Source: Minisyncoccia bacterium (lineage in GTDB: Bacteria; Patescibacteriota; Minisyncoccia; Phycocordibacterales; CALRBL01). From it: a stretch of DNA of 64,000 nt. Under the pieces are notes generated by a model, which had not been told where the DNA came from, searched no databases, and saw nothing but the letters and a program-made list of their open reading frames with translations. Numbering within the stretch: position 1 is the first letter of the stretch; every line of letters begins with the position of its first letter. The stretch covers positions 62,215-126,214 of the forward strand of contig JBBRNV010000002.1 of NCBI GenBank assembly GCA_038230075.1, written 5' to 3'. Of the stretch, positions 1-9,729 are shown piece after piece. The position numbers and the translations under genes were made by a program.

Positions 1-1
1 A

Positions 2-310
2 ATTTACGTATTTAAAGAAAGCAGTTTTGCGCTCGATTTTGCTAAACAACTACGCGATAATTTGTTGAAAGATGGAGTTCGTTCAAAGATTGGAATCGAC
101 TACGGAGATCTTCTCGTGTTCACCACTCCAGATGGTCATAAAGATATTGCTGGTATGCCTGTGAATCAGGCTTCAAAAATGGCTCAAGATAAAGGCGACT
201 TTGGTCACATATATATGAGTGCGGAAGTTGCTAAGCAGGTGAGTACCGAAGGTTTCTTTAAAACTACCATTGAGGTTTCAGGGGTCACGATTGATCAGTT
301 TGTGTTATAA
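2..310 (+). CDS. Class III adenylate/guanylate cyclase-like protein, C-terminal part (5' end outside window)
   Basis: Frame open from base 2; IGIDYGD...DIAGMPVNQASKM resembles the cyclase motifs (R)IGIHxG and GxxVNxAxR. Confidence 0.55.
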   Translation: MYVFKESSFALDFAKQLRDNLLKDGVRSKIGIDYGDLLVFTTPDGHKDIAGMPVNQASKMAQDKGDFGHIYMSAEVAKQVSTEGFFKTTIEVSGVTIDQFVL

Positions 311-321
311 TTCTTCTATAT

Positions 322-978
322 ATGAAATCAAACAAAAAAGGATTCATTGGAATTATTATAGGAATCATTATTGCTTTGGCATTGGCCGGAGGAGCAGTTT
401 ATGTAGGGACTCACCATGCTTCTCAAACCAATTCTAACTTTGCCACCTCTTCAACTGAGACAAAAGTAAATTCAGATTCTCAAGTAACAGCCAATACTAA
501 TGTAAATGTACCAGCTGTTGGAAATGTGAATGTAAACTCTAAAATTACAATAACCGACTCAGATATTAAAAATCTAGGATATGATATCGGTTCTATCGGA
601 GGTAAGTCAGGCCTTACATTGCTCAATGACGGTAAGTTTAGTATTAAAGATGGAAATAATGTTGTCGGCGTTCAGATACACAATTATGCTACTGGAGATA
701 TTAATCATGATGGTACGCAAGATGCAGTTGTTGTGCTCACTCTTCAAGGGGGAAATGCTCCTATAGATGTTCCTTATGCTGTTATCAATATGAATGGAAC
801 ACTCAAAAGTTTTCGAGTATCTCCAAATATGGATGGAGACAATTCATATACCAACATCTCTAAAGTTGTTATCGACGCTCAAGGTAAGGTGTTTCTAACA
901 TACAGACCAAATCGGTTTACAAACGACCAAGTAACGACTTCGTACTCACTTAGTGGAAATGCGTTAGTTCGAAATTAA
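322..978 (+). CDS. Membrane-anchored/secreted protein with pilin-like N-terminus, S/T/N-rich linker and DxNxDG motif
   Basis: MKSNKKG|FIGIIIG hydrophobic N-terminus; GDINHDGTQDAVV. Confidence 0.7.
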   Translation: MKSNKKGFIGIIIGIIIALALAGGAVYVGTHHASQTNSNFATSSTETKVNSDSQVTANTNVNVPAVGNVNVNSKITITDSDIKNLGYDIGSIGGKSGLTLLNDGKFSIKDGNNVVGVQIHNYATGDINHDGTQDAVVVLTLQGGNAPIDVPYAVINMNGTLKSFRVSPNMDGDNSYTNISKVVIDAQGKVFLTYRPNRFTNDQVTTSYSLSGNALVRN

Positions 979-986
979 GTTTGTAA

Positions 987-1015
987 TTGCAAATACTCGG
1001 TTTTAATGCTATTCT
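987..1015 (+). promoter_or_regulatory. sigma70-type promoter of fusA
   Basis: TTGCAA-17 bp-TATTCT with extended TG. Confidence 0.6.
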
Positions 1016-1096
1016 ACCTCTACAAAAGAGAGCGTTTTGACGTGTTTTATTTATCACAAAAAGTTTATTAAACGGCTTAAATACACATAATATTAT

Positions 1097-3244
1097 ATGA
1101 ATCGAGATTATCCATTAGAAAAAGTACGTAACTTCGGAATCATTGCTCACATTGATGCGGGAAAAACAACAACATCAGAACGAATTTTGTACTACACCGG
1201 AATGTCGCACAAAATTGGAGAAGTGCACGACGGTGAAGCAACAACAGACTGGATGGAACAGGAAAAAGAGCGAGGTATTACTATTACTGCCGCCGCTATT
1301 ACTTGTTTCTGGAATCCAACATTTCGAGCAAAAGCTGACGATCTTTCAGGAATGCATCGATTCAACATCATTGACACTCCAGGTCACGTAGACTTCACCG
1401 TAGAAGTAGAAAGATCTCTAAAGGTTCTCGACGGAGGAGTGGTGGTATTCGATGGAGTGGCGGGTGTAGAACCTCAATCTGAAACTGTGTGGCGACAAGC
1501 TGATAAATATCACGTACCTCGAATCTGTTTCATCAACAAACTTGATCGAACAGGAGGATCTTTCGATCGATCATTCAAATCTATTGTTGAACGACTAAAT
1601 AAAAACGCAGTTCGAATGCAACTTCCTATTGGAGAAGAAGCAAACTTTGAAGAAATTATCGACCTTTTGAAAATGAAGGTGTATGCATTTGAAGGTGACA
1701 TGGGAAATAAGATTATCGAAAAAGAAATTCCTGAATCTCATATGGCAGACGCAGTGAAGTATCGAGCAGAGCTTGTAGAAAGAATTGTTGAACATGATGA
1801 CGCTGCGATGACAGATTTTCTTGAAGGAAAAGAAATTGCGATTGACCGATTGAAAGCGATTCTTCGAAAGGCAACTATTGCAAACAAAATCTTCCCTGTA
1901 TTTACTGGTTCAGCACTTAAGAACCGAGGAGTGCAGCTTGTACTTGATGCGGTGGTTGAATATCTTCCATCTCCACTCGACATTCCTCCAGTAAAAGGAA
2001 TCGATCCAAACACAGGTGACGAAATCTTGCGAGCTCCATCAGACTCAGAACCATTTGCTGCGCTTGCTTTCAAACTTCAGACTGACCCATTCGTAGGACA
2101 GCTTACCTTCTTCCGAGTGTACTCAGGAACAATCGAAGCTGGTTCATATATCTATAACTCAACAACAGGAAACAAAGAACGACTCGGACGAATTGTTCGA
2201 CTTCAAGCTAATAAGCGAGAAGAAGTAAAGAAAGTGTATGCCGGAGAAATTGCTGCAGCTGTGGGCTTGAAAGAAGCAAAGACTTCACACACATTCTGTG
2301 ACGAAGCACATCCAATCATTCTCGATCCAATTAAATTCGCAGAACCGGTGGTATCTCTTCGAATCGAACCTGCAACAAAAGCTGACCAAGAAAAAATGGG
2401 AATGGCGCTTAAGAAGCTTTCTGATGAAGATCCAACATTTAGAATTTCAACAAATCCAGAAACTCTTGAAACTATCATTTCAGGTATGGGAGAACTTCAT
2501 CTTGAAATCATGATCGACCGAATGAAACGAGAATTCGGAGTAACAGCAAACGTAGGAAAGCCTCAGGTAGCATATCGAGAAACAATTCTTGGTTCAGCTG
2601 AAGCGGAACACAAATATGTTAAGCAATCAGGAGGAAAAGGACAGTATGGACACGTAAAACTTACTATCAAACCTCTCGAGAAATTAGTTGAAGGAGCAAA
2701 GATTCCTAAGAACGTTAAACGATACGATGACTTCGAATTTATCGACAGTATTAAAGGAGGAGTTATTCCACAAGAATTCATTCCTGCAGTTGAAAAGGGA
2801 GTTCGAGAAGCAATGGAACGAGGAATTGTTGCTGGTTTCAGACTAGTAAATGTATCTTGTGAATTAACATTTGGTTCATATCACGATGTAGACTCATCTG
2901 AAATTGCTTACAAGATCGCAGCATCTCAGGCTTTCCAAGAAGCTGCAAAACGAGCGAAGGCCGTGATTCTAGAACCTATTATGAAAGTTGAAGTAGTTGT
3001 TCCTGAAAAGTTCATGGGAGACATCACAGGAAACCTGAACTCAAAGCGAGCACAAATTGAAGGAATGGAAGAGCGAGGAATGCTTAAGGTGATTCGAGCG
3101 ATGGTTCCACTTTCTGAAATGTTCGGATACACAACTACTCTTCGATCAATGACAGAAGGACGAGGATCAGCAACTATGGAATTTGATCACTACGATGTGG
3201 TTCCTCCACACGTTGCGACAACAATTGCTGAGGCGCGAAAATAG
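1097..3244 (+). CDS. fusA: Elongation factor G
   Basis: [34 protein letters not shown]. Confidence 0.99.
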   Translation: MNRDYPLEKVRNFGIIAHIDAGKTTTSERILYYTGMSHKIGEVHDGEATTDWMEQEKERGITITAAAITCFWNPTFRAKADDLSGMHRFNIIDTPGHVDFTVEVERSLKVLDGGVVVFDGVAGVEPQSETVWRQADKYHVPRICFINKLDRTGGSFDRSFKSIVERLNKNAVRMQLPIGEEANFEEIIDLLKMKVYAFEGDMGNKIIEKEIPESHMADAVKYRAELVERIVEHDDAAMTDFLEGKEIAIDRLKAILRKATIANKIFPVFTGSALKNRGVQLVLDAVVEYLPSPLDIPPVKGIDPNTGDEILRAPSDSEPFAALAFKLQTDPFVGQLTFFRVYSGTIEAGSYIYNSTTGNKERLGRIVRLQANKREEVKKVYAGEIAAAVGLKEAKTSHTFCDEAHPIILDPIKFAEPVVSLRIEPATKADQEKMGMALKKLSDEDPTFRISTNPETLETIISGMGELHLEIMIDRMKREFGVTANVGKPQVAYRETILGSAEAEHKYVKQSGGKGQYGHVKLTIKPLEKLVEGAKIPKNVKRYDDFEFIDSIKGGVIPQEFIPAVEKGVREAMERGIVAGFRLVNVSCELTFGSYHDVDSSEIAYKIAASQAFQEAAKRAKAVILEPIMKVEVVVPEKFMGDITGNLNSKRAQIEGMEERGMLKVIRAMVPLSEMFGYTTTLRSMTEGRGSATMEFDHYDVVPPHVATTIAEARK

Positions 3245-3256
3245 TATTCACTAAAT

Positions 3257-3296
3257 ATAAAACAAAAGACCTTCGAACAAAGGTCTTTTGTTTTAT
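3257..3296 (+). terminator. Intrinsic terminator after fusA
   Basis: Perfect 17-bp inverted repeat ATAAAACAAAAGACCTT/AAGGTCTTTTGTTTTAT. Confidence 0.85.
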
Positions 3297-3381
3297 TTGG
3301 CTAATTCTGTTAGTGTTCGGTCAGATTGACATAGAAGCGACATCTGTCACTTCGCAATCCTAACCCCAGCCTCGCTAAAAC

Positions 3382-4938
3382 ATGAATAAAATCAATGTTA
3401 AAAGCCTGGCCCAAGGGTCAGGTCCACTTCGTGTGGGAAAAGATTTGTGGGTGGGAGTGAATACACTTCCAACCAGGTTCGAGTGCATTAAGTTCGCTCG
3501 TAAGGTTGTCTCAGTTGCACAACAGCTAGAGCCTTCGCTCGCAGAGTTTCGTATGTGGCAACTTCGTAAAAGGTTTGCACTCGTGTGGATGGTTCTGACC
3601 GATCATTACGAAGTGTCGCTTTGGCAGAATCATTCCGCCGAACCTGTGTGGATGCAGGAGCTACCACTCTGTTTTCAACGCGCTGTCAGAGCAGATGTAA
3701 TTGCCTTCAAGGAATATAGAGATGGCAGAAGGCAGTTCGCGATTTGTCTCAATAATCGTTTCCATGGCTATGGAGGATACGTCGTTCTTGATGAGGGCAT
3801 CATTAATGATATGTGGATTCTTGGCATGGATCGTTTGGGAGGAATCGCTCAGTTGGCATTTCTTCATTGTCCGAACTTCGACAAGAGTAAGTCGACGGCA
3901 CATCTTCGTTTTGAACACACTCGTTTGCTTCACAGCTACGATGTGGTTGTGATCATGGAGTTACTCATTGCAAATAATCATGAAGTGCTCGGTGCACACC
4001 GAAATCTTCTGATTGCCGCAGCGTTTCTTCATGATATTTTCACGCCTGCAGGCGGAGATACGACAAAGGGAATTGACCCCGAAGCTTTCGATGAAGATGC
4101 GATGTTCCCCAAACTCTTCAAAACCGCTCGTTGGAAAGAGTTCAACCTGAAGTACAAGCTTGATGAAGTTGCTCTTGCTGAACTGATTCTTGGAAAAGGT
4201 CCTTTCGGATCTGTCCTCGATCTTGCCGACAAGAGTGCCTACATAGGAAGAGACTTTCAGGTATACCTTAGGTGGTCAATGCAGTTTGGGCCAACGAAGT
4301 ATCCAGAACTTTACACGAAGATGAATGGTTTCGCCCAAGCATATCCTGACGTTGCGTCATTGTGGCAGTATGCGAAGTATGTAGATGGAAAGGTTGTCAT
4401 CACTGACCACCAAGCTCTCTACCACTTTCTGTTGCTTCGAATGATGATGTTCAATAATCTCTACTACAGCCCGCGGGCTCGCTTTCTTGAGTACGTCGTT
4501 GGTCAAATATTGATTAAACACCTCTATGAGACCAAGAAGATTAGTGCAGAAGATTTGCTCAAAGGAAACGATTCATGGCTAGAAGAAGTTCTAGTCAGGG
4601 AGACTGGGTTTTTCCTTCCATTGTTTCAATGGGATTCAACACCTATGCAGGTTGTCGAAACAGAAGAGGAAGTTGCAGCGTTCCGAAAGTTGTATCCTCG
4701 CGAAAGTGGGATGTTGGTTATCGTTGATCGATTCAACCTTATCCCAAAACCAGCAACTGGTCGCTTCTTTGTGGAAAAGGATGGAGTTGTTCTTCCGTTC
4801 AATGAAGCATACCCCGAACTGGCGGCGCATGTTGAAGCCGAAGGTGAAATGAAAGTTCAGATCGCGTGTTACGCTGTTCGACTTGAAGACATGCGTCTTA
4901 AACCGGAAATAGTTGAAGTCATCGAGAGGCTCGCATAG
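3382..4938 (+). CDS. HD-superfamily phosphohydrolase (dNTP triphosphohydrolase/SAMHD1-like) with N-terminal extension
   Basis: RLGGIAQL, HTRLLHS, AAFLHDI, DLADKSAYIGRD, LYYSP. Confidence 0.8.
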   Translation: MNKINVKSLAQGSGPLRVGKDLWVGVNTLPTRFECIKFARKVVSVAQQLEPSLAEFRMWQLRKRFALVWMVLTDHYEVSLWQNHSAEPVWMQELPLCFQRAVRADVIAFKEYRDGRRQFAICLNNRFHGYGGYVVLDEGIINDMWILGMDRLGGIAQLAFLHCPNFDKSKSTAHLRFEHTRLLHSYDVVVIMELLIANNHEVLGAHRNLLIAAAFLHDIFTPAGGDTTKGIDPEAFDEDAMFPKLFKTARWKEFNLKYKLDEVALAELILGKGPFGSVLDLADKSAYIGRDFQVYLRWSMQFGPTKYPELYTKMNGFAQAYPDVASLWQYAKYVDGKVVITDHQALYHFLLLRMMMFNNLYYSPRARFLEYVVGQILIKHLYETKKISAEDLLKGNDSWLEEVLVRETGFFLPLFQWDSTPMQVVETEEEVAAFRKLYPRESGMLVIVDRFNLIPKPATGRFFVEKDGVVLPFNEAYPELAAHVEAEGEMKVQIACYAVRLEDMRLKPEIVEVIERLA

Positions 4939-4959
4939 TTCAATTCTAGCGGGCCTTTT
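4927..4959 (+). terminator. Terminator of HD gene
   Basis: AGGCTCGC...GCGGGCCT stem followed by T-run. Confidence 0.5.
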
Positions 4960-4989
4960 CTCATGGGAAAATTTTACTAGTAAATATAT

Positions 4990-5035
4990 AAAAAGAATCG
5001 CCGCGGGCACCGGTGGGTGCGCGCGGCAATGATTC
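4990..5035 (-). terminator. Terminator of the minus-strand small gene
   Basis: GC-rich hairpin closed by GAATC/GATTC, followed by a T-run on the minus strand. Confidence 0.6.
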
Positions 5036-5043
5036 TGCTCGAC

Positions 5044-5271
5044 TCAGACGATTTTTGGTGTGGCCAAGTCTGGCAACAGGTCGGCTTCCCGCGGGATGAT
5101 GGCTTCTTCCGCCATCGGGAATTCGAACACTTGGCGATCGTGACCGGTGTCGCTGGTGGAGCGGTGACAGGTTCCACCGGAACACTCTTTGATGACATAG
5201 TCAGGAGTGCCGTCACTTCGGAGGAACCGACGATACTCGGCTGGAGGTGGTGGAGGAAGGTGCGCGTTCAT
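5044..5271 (-). CDS. Small GC-rich orphan protein (75 aa, Pro-rich N-terminus)
   Basis: ATG after a C-rich leader, stop directly followed by a terminator; competing overlapping ORFs lack this context. Confidence 0.45.
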   Translation of the reverse strand: MNAHLPPPPPAEYRRFLRSDGTPDYVIKECSGGTCHRSTSDTGHDRQVFEFPMAEEAIIPREADLLPDLATPKIV

Positions 5272-5425
5272 GGGAGGGGCAGCGTGGGTGAACCGGATGA
5301 ATCCAGGGAACGATGTGAGTTTTGTTCCAATAAAATAATGCCATAGTTTTTACTATTTATCAAACTCTCATAAAACTAATGGCAATCAGATATTTTCACG
5401 TGGTATTATATGAACATCATAGTTC

Positions 5426-5803
5426 ATGAATTCAATTACTGCACAATATATTGCGTGGCATTATAAAGATGGGTACAAAGATTTAAAAAACTTTTGTAAA
5501 ACCATACTTTCCTTCGTTGTCTACTTTTTTTCGGTAAAAACTCTTCTACAAACTTTTTTTCAACCATGGCGGCGAATTATGGAAAGAGGTCAGAAGGGAA
5601 AGATGTTTTCAATACTTCAAGGTTTTGTTGTGACAACACTGATGCGAATCATTGGAGTTATTATTCGAATAATAATGCTTGTTGTTGCTTTGGTTGCTCT
5701 GATTATTTCGTGCGTCATTGCACTTGTTTCTCTTATTGTTTGGCCTTTGTTGCCAATTCTTCTCGTTCTCATTTTTATTGATGGAGTTCTTCATTTTGTA
5801 TAA
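5426..5803 (+). CDS. Small membrane protein upstream of the Clp-like ATPase
   Basis: FFSVKTLLQTFFQPWRR plus long hydrophobic C-terminus; 4 bp from the next gene. Confidence 0.8.
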   Translation: MNSITAQYIAWHYKDGYKDLKNFCKTILSFVVYFFSVKTLLQTFFQPWRRIMERGQKGKMFSILQGFVVTTLMRIIGVIIRIIMLVVALVALIISCVIALVSLIVWPLLPILLVLIFIDGVLHFV

Positions 5804-5807
5804 ATAT

Positions 5808-8189
5808 ATGAGAAATAATTTTTTTGATCAGACATATAATAAGATAGATCGACTTGAATCAACATTTTCTCATGCAAAACGTAGAAAATTGCGAAAGGCA
5901 TTTTTAATCTTGACGCTACTTGCTACGGTCGCTTCTGTTTATCCAGACTATAGAAATCAATCGACTGGTCTCATATTTATTTTTGGAAGCATATATGGCT
6001 TCTTTTCACTTGTTGAAGCTTTTTTCTACTCAGTGTTTAATAAAATTAAAGAGGAAAAAAAGTCGTTTGCAACTCTTTCTTCTATTTCAGGTAATCAATA
6101 TAAGGGAATAATCTTTCACGTTAGTAAGTCTTTTTTCGGCTCTCTTCTTCTTTATAGATTGGGAATCATTAATGATGTTGCATCAGACATGACTGCAATT
6201 GTTACCGAAGAAACGTTGATGGGGAATGAAAGCACTTTGTCTGAACATGTTGATATTACCGCAACAACGAATTTGGGAGCTTTGATGTTTTCTTTATCCA
6301 AAGTTTCACCAACATTTAAAAATATTTTAGAAAAGCACGCAACTACACTTCAGCAACTAACTCATGCAGCTTCTTGGCTTGAACGACTATACATAAAAGA
6401 AATAGAGAGAGAAAAGTGGTGGAGTGAACAAAACCTTTTTAAGACGCAACCTTTTGCGAGTGATTGGGCATATGGCCAAACTGACACGCTCGAGAAGTAT
6501 GGTAGTTTCATTCCTTCTGAATATTCTGGTGCAGAGTCATATCAAGGAGAAATAAATAAGATTGAACTTGTTCTCTCAAAACCAACATCTCCTTATGCTC
6601 TTGTTATTGGTGAAAGCGAAACAGGAACATTAACCTTGATTCAAGGCTTGGCAGGAAGAATTTCTGAAACTCATGATAAGCATGCTGCGCTCCACGGAAA
6701 AAGAATTTTTATGTTGAATACATCGCATCTTTTTCAGATAGTAAAAAATGGTCAAGATTTTGAAGCCACTTTCTCAGGTGTGTTATTCGAAGCAGAACGA
6801 GTTGGTAATGTTGTTTTTGCTATCGACAACTTCAGTCTCTTTATTGAATCAGCCCAATCTCTTGGAGTTGATGGAATCATGCTTCTTGTTTCATGCCTTC
6901 GAGTATCTTCAATGCCACTCATTGTACTCGCCGATACCCACTTATATTTTCAAAAGATTCAGAAACACACAGAGTTGTCGCAATATTTCGAAGTTGTACA
7001 AACATCTATCAAAGATAAAGAATCTCTTCTTTTCTATATTCAAGACCATGTTCTACAAGTTGAAGGAATGTATGAAGTGACATTTCTTTATCAAACCCTT
7101 GAAGTGATTGCAGAATCTGCTGAACGATATTTTGAAGGAGAAGCACTTCGTGAGAAAGCACTCGATTTATTAATTGAAGTTGCAGAAGTAGTAAAAGCAG
7201 AAAAAGGAAGGGTGGTGACAACTGAAAATGTACTATCACTCATTAAACAAAAAACAGGAATCCCAACAGGACAAATTAATGAAGAAGAAAAAGAAAAACT
7301 TCTTAACCTCGAAAGCTTGTTGCATCAAAAGGTGATTGGGCAGAATGAAGCTATTGTTTCAATTGCTAATGCCCTTCGACGTTCTCGAAGTGGTATTGGA
7401 AAACATAATAAACCAATTGGGTCATTTCTGTTTCTTGGTCCAACAGGAGTAGGAAAAACAGAAACAACTAAAGCACTCAGCGATATTTTCTTTGGGGAAA
7501 AGGCTCCCATGGTTCGATTCGATATGTCTGAATACTCGGGCGCCGATGGACTTGCTCGACTGATTGGTCAAAATAATTCTTCAGGATTATTGGCAGATGC
7601 TATTCGAGAAAGACACTACGGAGTACTACTTCTTGATGAATTTGAGAAAGCTTCGAAAGAAGTTCATAATCTTTTTCTACAAATTTTAGACGAAGGATTT
7701 TTCTCTGATTCAACAGGAAAGCATGTGAACTTACGAAATATGATTATTGTTGCAACATCAAATGCGGGAAGTGCTTTCATTATTTCTCAAACAGGAGAAG
7801 ATCTTCAAAAAAACAAACCAGACATCATTAATCAAATTATTTCTCAGGGAATTTTTAGACCAGAACTTTTGAATCGTTTTGACGGAGTTATTTTATTTGA
7901 ATCCCTCAATCAAGAACAGGTTGGAAAAGTAATTCAACTAATGCTTAAAGACCTCTCTCATCGTCTTGAAGAAAAGGGTGTTGAAATTCTTGTGACCGAT
8001 GAATTAGTTCAATATCTTATGTCACATGGAACTGATGCGCGATTTGGAGCACGACCACTTAACCGATTAATTGCAGATGTTATCGAAGAAAAGATTGCAG
8101 AAGGTTTAATTTCTGGAAATATCATGAGTGGTGCAAAAGTCTCATTTGTACAGAACGAACAAGGTGCACTTGATATAAAACAGATGTAG
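5808..8189 (+). CDS. Membrane-anchored ClpA/ClpB-family AAA+ ATPase with degenerate first NBD
   Basis: Two N-terminal TM segments; NBD2 GPTGVGKT, LLLDEFEK, FRPELLNRFD, GARPL; start ATG 5808 chosen to avoid overlap. Confidence 0.85.
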   Translation: MRNNFFDQTYNKIDRLESTFSHAKRRKLRKAFLILTLLATVASVYPDYRNQSTGLIFIFGSIYGFFSLVEAFFYSVFNKIKEEKKSFATLSSISGNQYKGIIFHVSKSFFGSLLLYRLGIINDVASDMTAIVTEETLMGNESTLSEHVDITATTNLGALMFSLSKVSPTFKNILEKHATTLQQLTHAASWLERLYIKEIEREKWWSEQNLFKTQPFASDWAYGQTDTLEKYGSFIPSEYSGAESYQGEINKIELVLSKPTSPYALVIGESETGTLTLIQGLAGRISETHDKHAALHGKRIFMLNTSHLFQIVKNGQDFEATFSGVLFEAERVGNVVFAIDNFSLFIESAQSLGVDGIMLLVSCLRVSSMPLIVLADTHLYFQKIQKHTELSQYFEVVQTSIKDKESLLFYIQDHVLQVEGMYEVTFLYQTLEVIAESAERYFEGEALREKALDLLIEVAEVVKAEKGRVVTTENVLSLIKQKTGIPTGQINEEEKEKLLNLESLLHQKVIGQNEAIVSIANALRRSRSGIGKHNKPIGSFLFLGPTGVGKTETTKALSDIFFGEKAPMVRFDMSEYSGADGLARLIGQNNSSGLLADAIRERHYGVLLLDEFEKASKEVHNLFLQILDEGFFSDSTGKHVNLRNMIIVATSNAGSAFIISQTGEDLQKNKPDIINQIISQGIFRPELLNRFDGVILFESLNQEQVGKVIQLMLKDLSHRLEEKGVEILVTDELVQYLMSHGTDARFGARPLNRLIADVIEEKIAEGLISGNIMSGAKVSFVQNEQGALDIKQM

Positions 8190-8203
8190 TCTACAATTTG
8201 GTC

Positions 8204-9493
8204 ATGTCATTTTCTATTGAAATTCTGTACGAAGATTTTAAAAACTCAGCAGGAGTTTGTATCGACAGTCGAAACATAAAAGACAATCAACTATTTTTTG
8301 CATTGAAAGGTGAACGTGTTGATGGAAATTCTTTTGTTGAAGAAGCGCTAAAAAAGAATGTGATTAAAGTAGTTATGAGTAATGAAGATGTGTATAAGAA
8401 TTTGTCACACGACGTAAAGGACAAAGTGTTCCTCGTAAAGGACACTCTTACAATACTTCAAGAACTAGCCATATTTCATCGAAAAACATTTTCAATTCCA
8501 GTTATTGCTATCGGAGGATCTAATGGAAAAACCACTACTAAAGAATTGCTTCGTGAAGTATTGTCGAAAAAATATAAAGTCTATGCGACAGAAGGGAATT
8601 TAAATAATGATGTCGGACTTCCGTTAAGTATTCTCCGAATTACAAAAGACATTGAGATTGCGGTTATTGAACTCGGCGCAAACCACATAGGAGAAATTGC
8701 AAACCTATGTCTCATTGCACAACCTACACATGGTCTCATTACGAATATCGGTAAAGCACACATTGGTGAGTTTGGATCACTCGATGGAGTTCTCAAAGGA
8801 GAGGGTGAGTTGTTCGATTATCTATCAGAACATAACGGCTCATATTTTTTAAATGAAGAAGATATTCGATTAGTTAAGAAAACTCAAAACAAGCCCCAGA
8901 TCATAAAAGCAACATATAACCGAAGTTTGGCTGATGGTATTGAAAACGAGCTTCCTGGTGAACACAACAAACAAAATATGGCTGCAGCTCTTGTTGTTGG
9001 TCGTTTTTTCGGGGTAGATGAGGTACTTATAAAAGAGGCTATTTCTGCATATAAACCAACACTCGGTCGTTCAGAATGGAAATTATGGCTCAGCAACAAG
9101 GTTTTTTACGATGCTTACAATGCCAATCCTTCAAGTATGGCTGTTGCTCTCGAAACGTTTGTTTCGCTTAAAAACCTTGAAAAATGGCCCAAAATGGCTA
9201 TTTTAGGAGATATGAAAGAGCTTGGAACGTATACTACAACTGAACATGCAACTGTTGTTGAGCAAGTAGAAGCATATATAGAACAAGGAAAGCTTCAGAA
9301 AGCTATATTTGTAGGCTTAGATTTTGAAAATGTTGCTAAAAGTATGGAAACTGATTGCGAAACAACCTTATTTTTCAGCACCCTTGAAGATCTTAAATTT
9401 TATTTTGATAAACTAGGTTATCCAAAAGGTGAGACTATTTTTATGAAAGGAAGTCGAGGAATGAAACTAGAGACTATTTTAAATTGGAACTAG
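8204..9493 (+). CDS. murF: UDP-N-acetylmuramoyl-tripeptide--D-Ala-D-Ala ligase
   Basis: DSR, GSNGKTTTKE, NLNNDVGLP, ELGANH, DAYNANPSSM, LGDMKELG, KGSRG. Confidence 0.93.
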   Translation: MSFSIEILYEDFKNSAGVCIDSRNIKDNQLFFALKGERVDGNSFVEEALKKNVIKVVMSNEDVYKNLSHDVKDKVFLVKDTLTILQELAIFHRKTFSIPVIAIGGSNGKTTTKELLREVLSKKYKVYATEGNLNNDVGLPLSILRITKDIEIAVIELGANHIGEIANLCLIAQPTHGLITNIGKAHIGEFGSLDGVLKGEGELFDYLSEHNGSYFLNEEDIRLVKKTQNKPQIIKATYNRSLADGIENELPGEHNKQNMAAALVVGRFFGVDEVLIKEAISAYKPTLGRSEWKLWLSNKVFYDAYNANPSSMAVALETFVSLKNLEKWPKMAILGDMKELGTYTTTEHATVVEQVEAYIEQGKLQKAIFVGLDFENVAKSMETDCETTLFFSTLEDLKFYFDKLGYPKGETIFMKGSRGMKLETILNWN

Positions 9494-9551
9494 TAATATA
9501 AAGCCTTATTCTAAAGGACATTTTTACTAAAGCATCATTTATCGATTAAGT

Positions 9552-9580
9552 TTGACAGCAGTGATTTTGACTGCTAGTAT
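9552..9580 (+). promoter_or_regulatory. Promoter of tuf-S10 operon
   Basis: TTGACA-17 bp-TAGTAT with extended TG. Confidence 0.8.
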
Positions 9581-9729
9581 GCCCAATACGCTTTTGCGTT
9601 GGCAGTTGGTAGAATTTTTATAATTATCATTATTAACGATCTATAGGTTACTTGGATAAGGCCCACTTTCATTGGTTGAGCTTTTAGCCAAAGAGAACTA
9701 GAGATCAAAACTAATTAAACAATATTTTT
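9581..9729 (+). promoter_or_regulatory. Long structured 5' leader of tuf
   Basis: Short hairpin near the start and long irregular hairpin 9638-9706 (GATCT/AGATC, TTGG/CCAA, AAGGC/GCTTT). Confidence 0.5.

Noticed and set aside
4961-5346. Alternative ORFs 5017-5346(+), 4977-5216(-), 4961-5185(-)
   Set aside because: They run through or start inside the terminator hairpin; 5044-5271(-) fits the leader and terminator better
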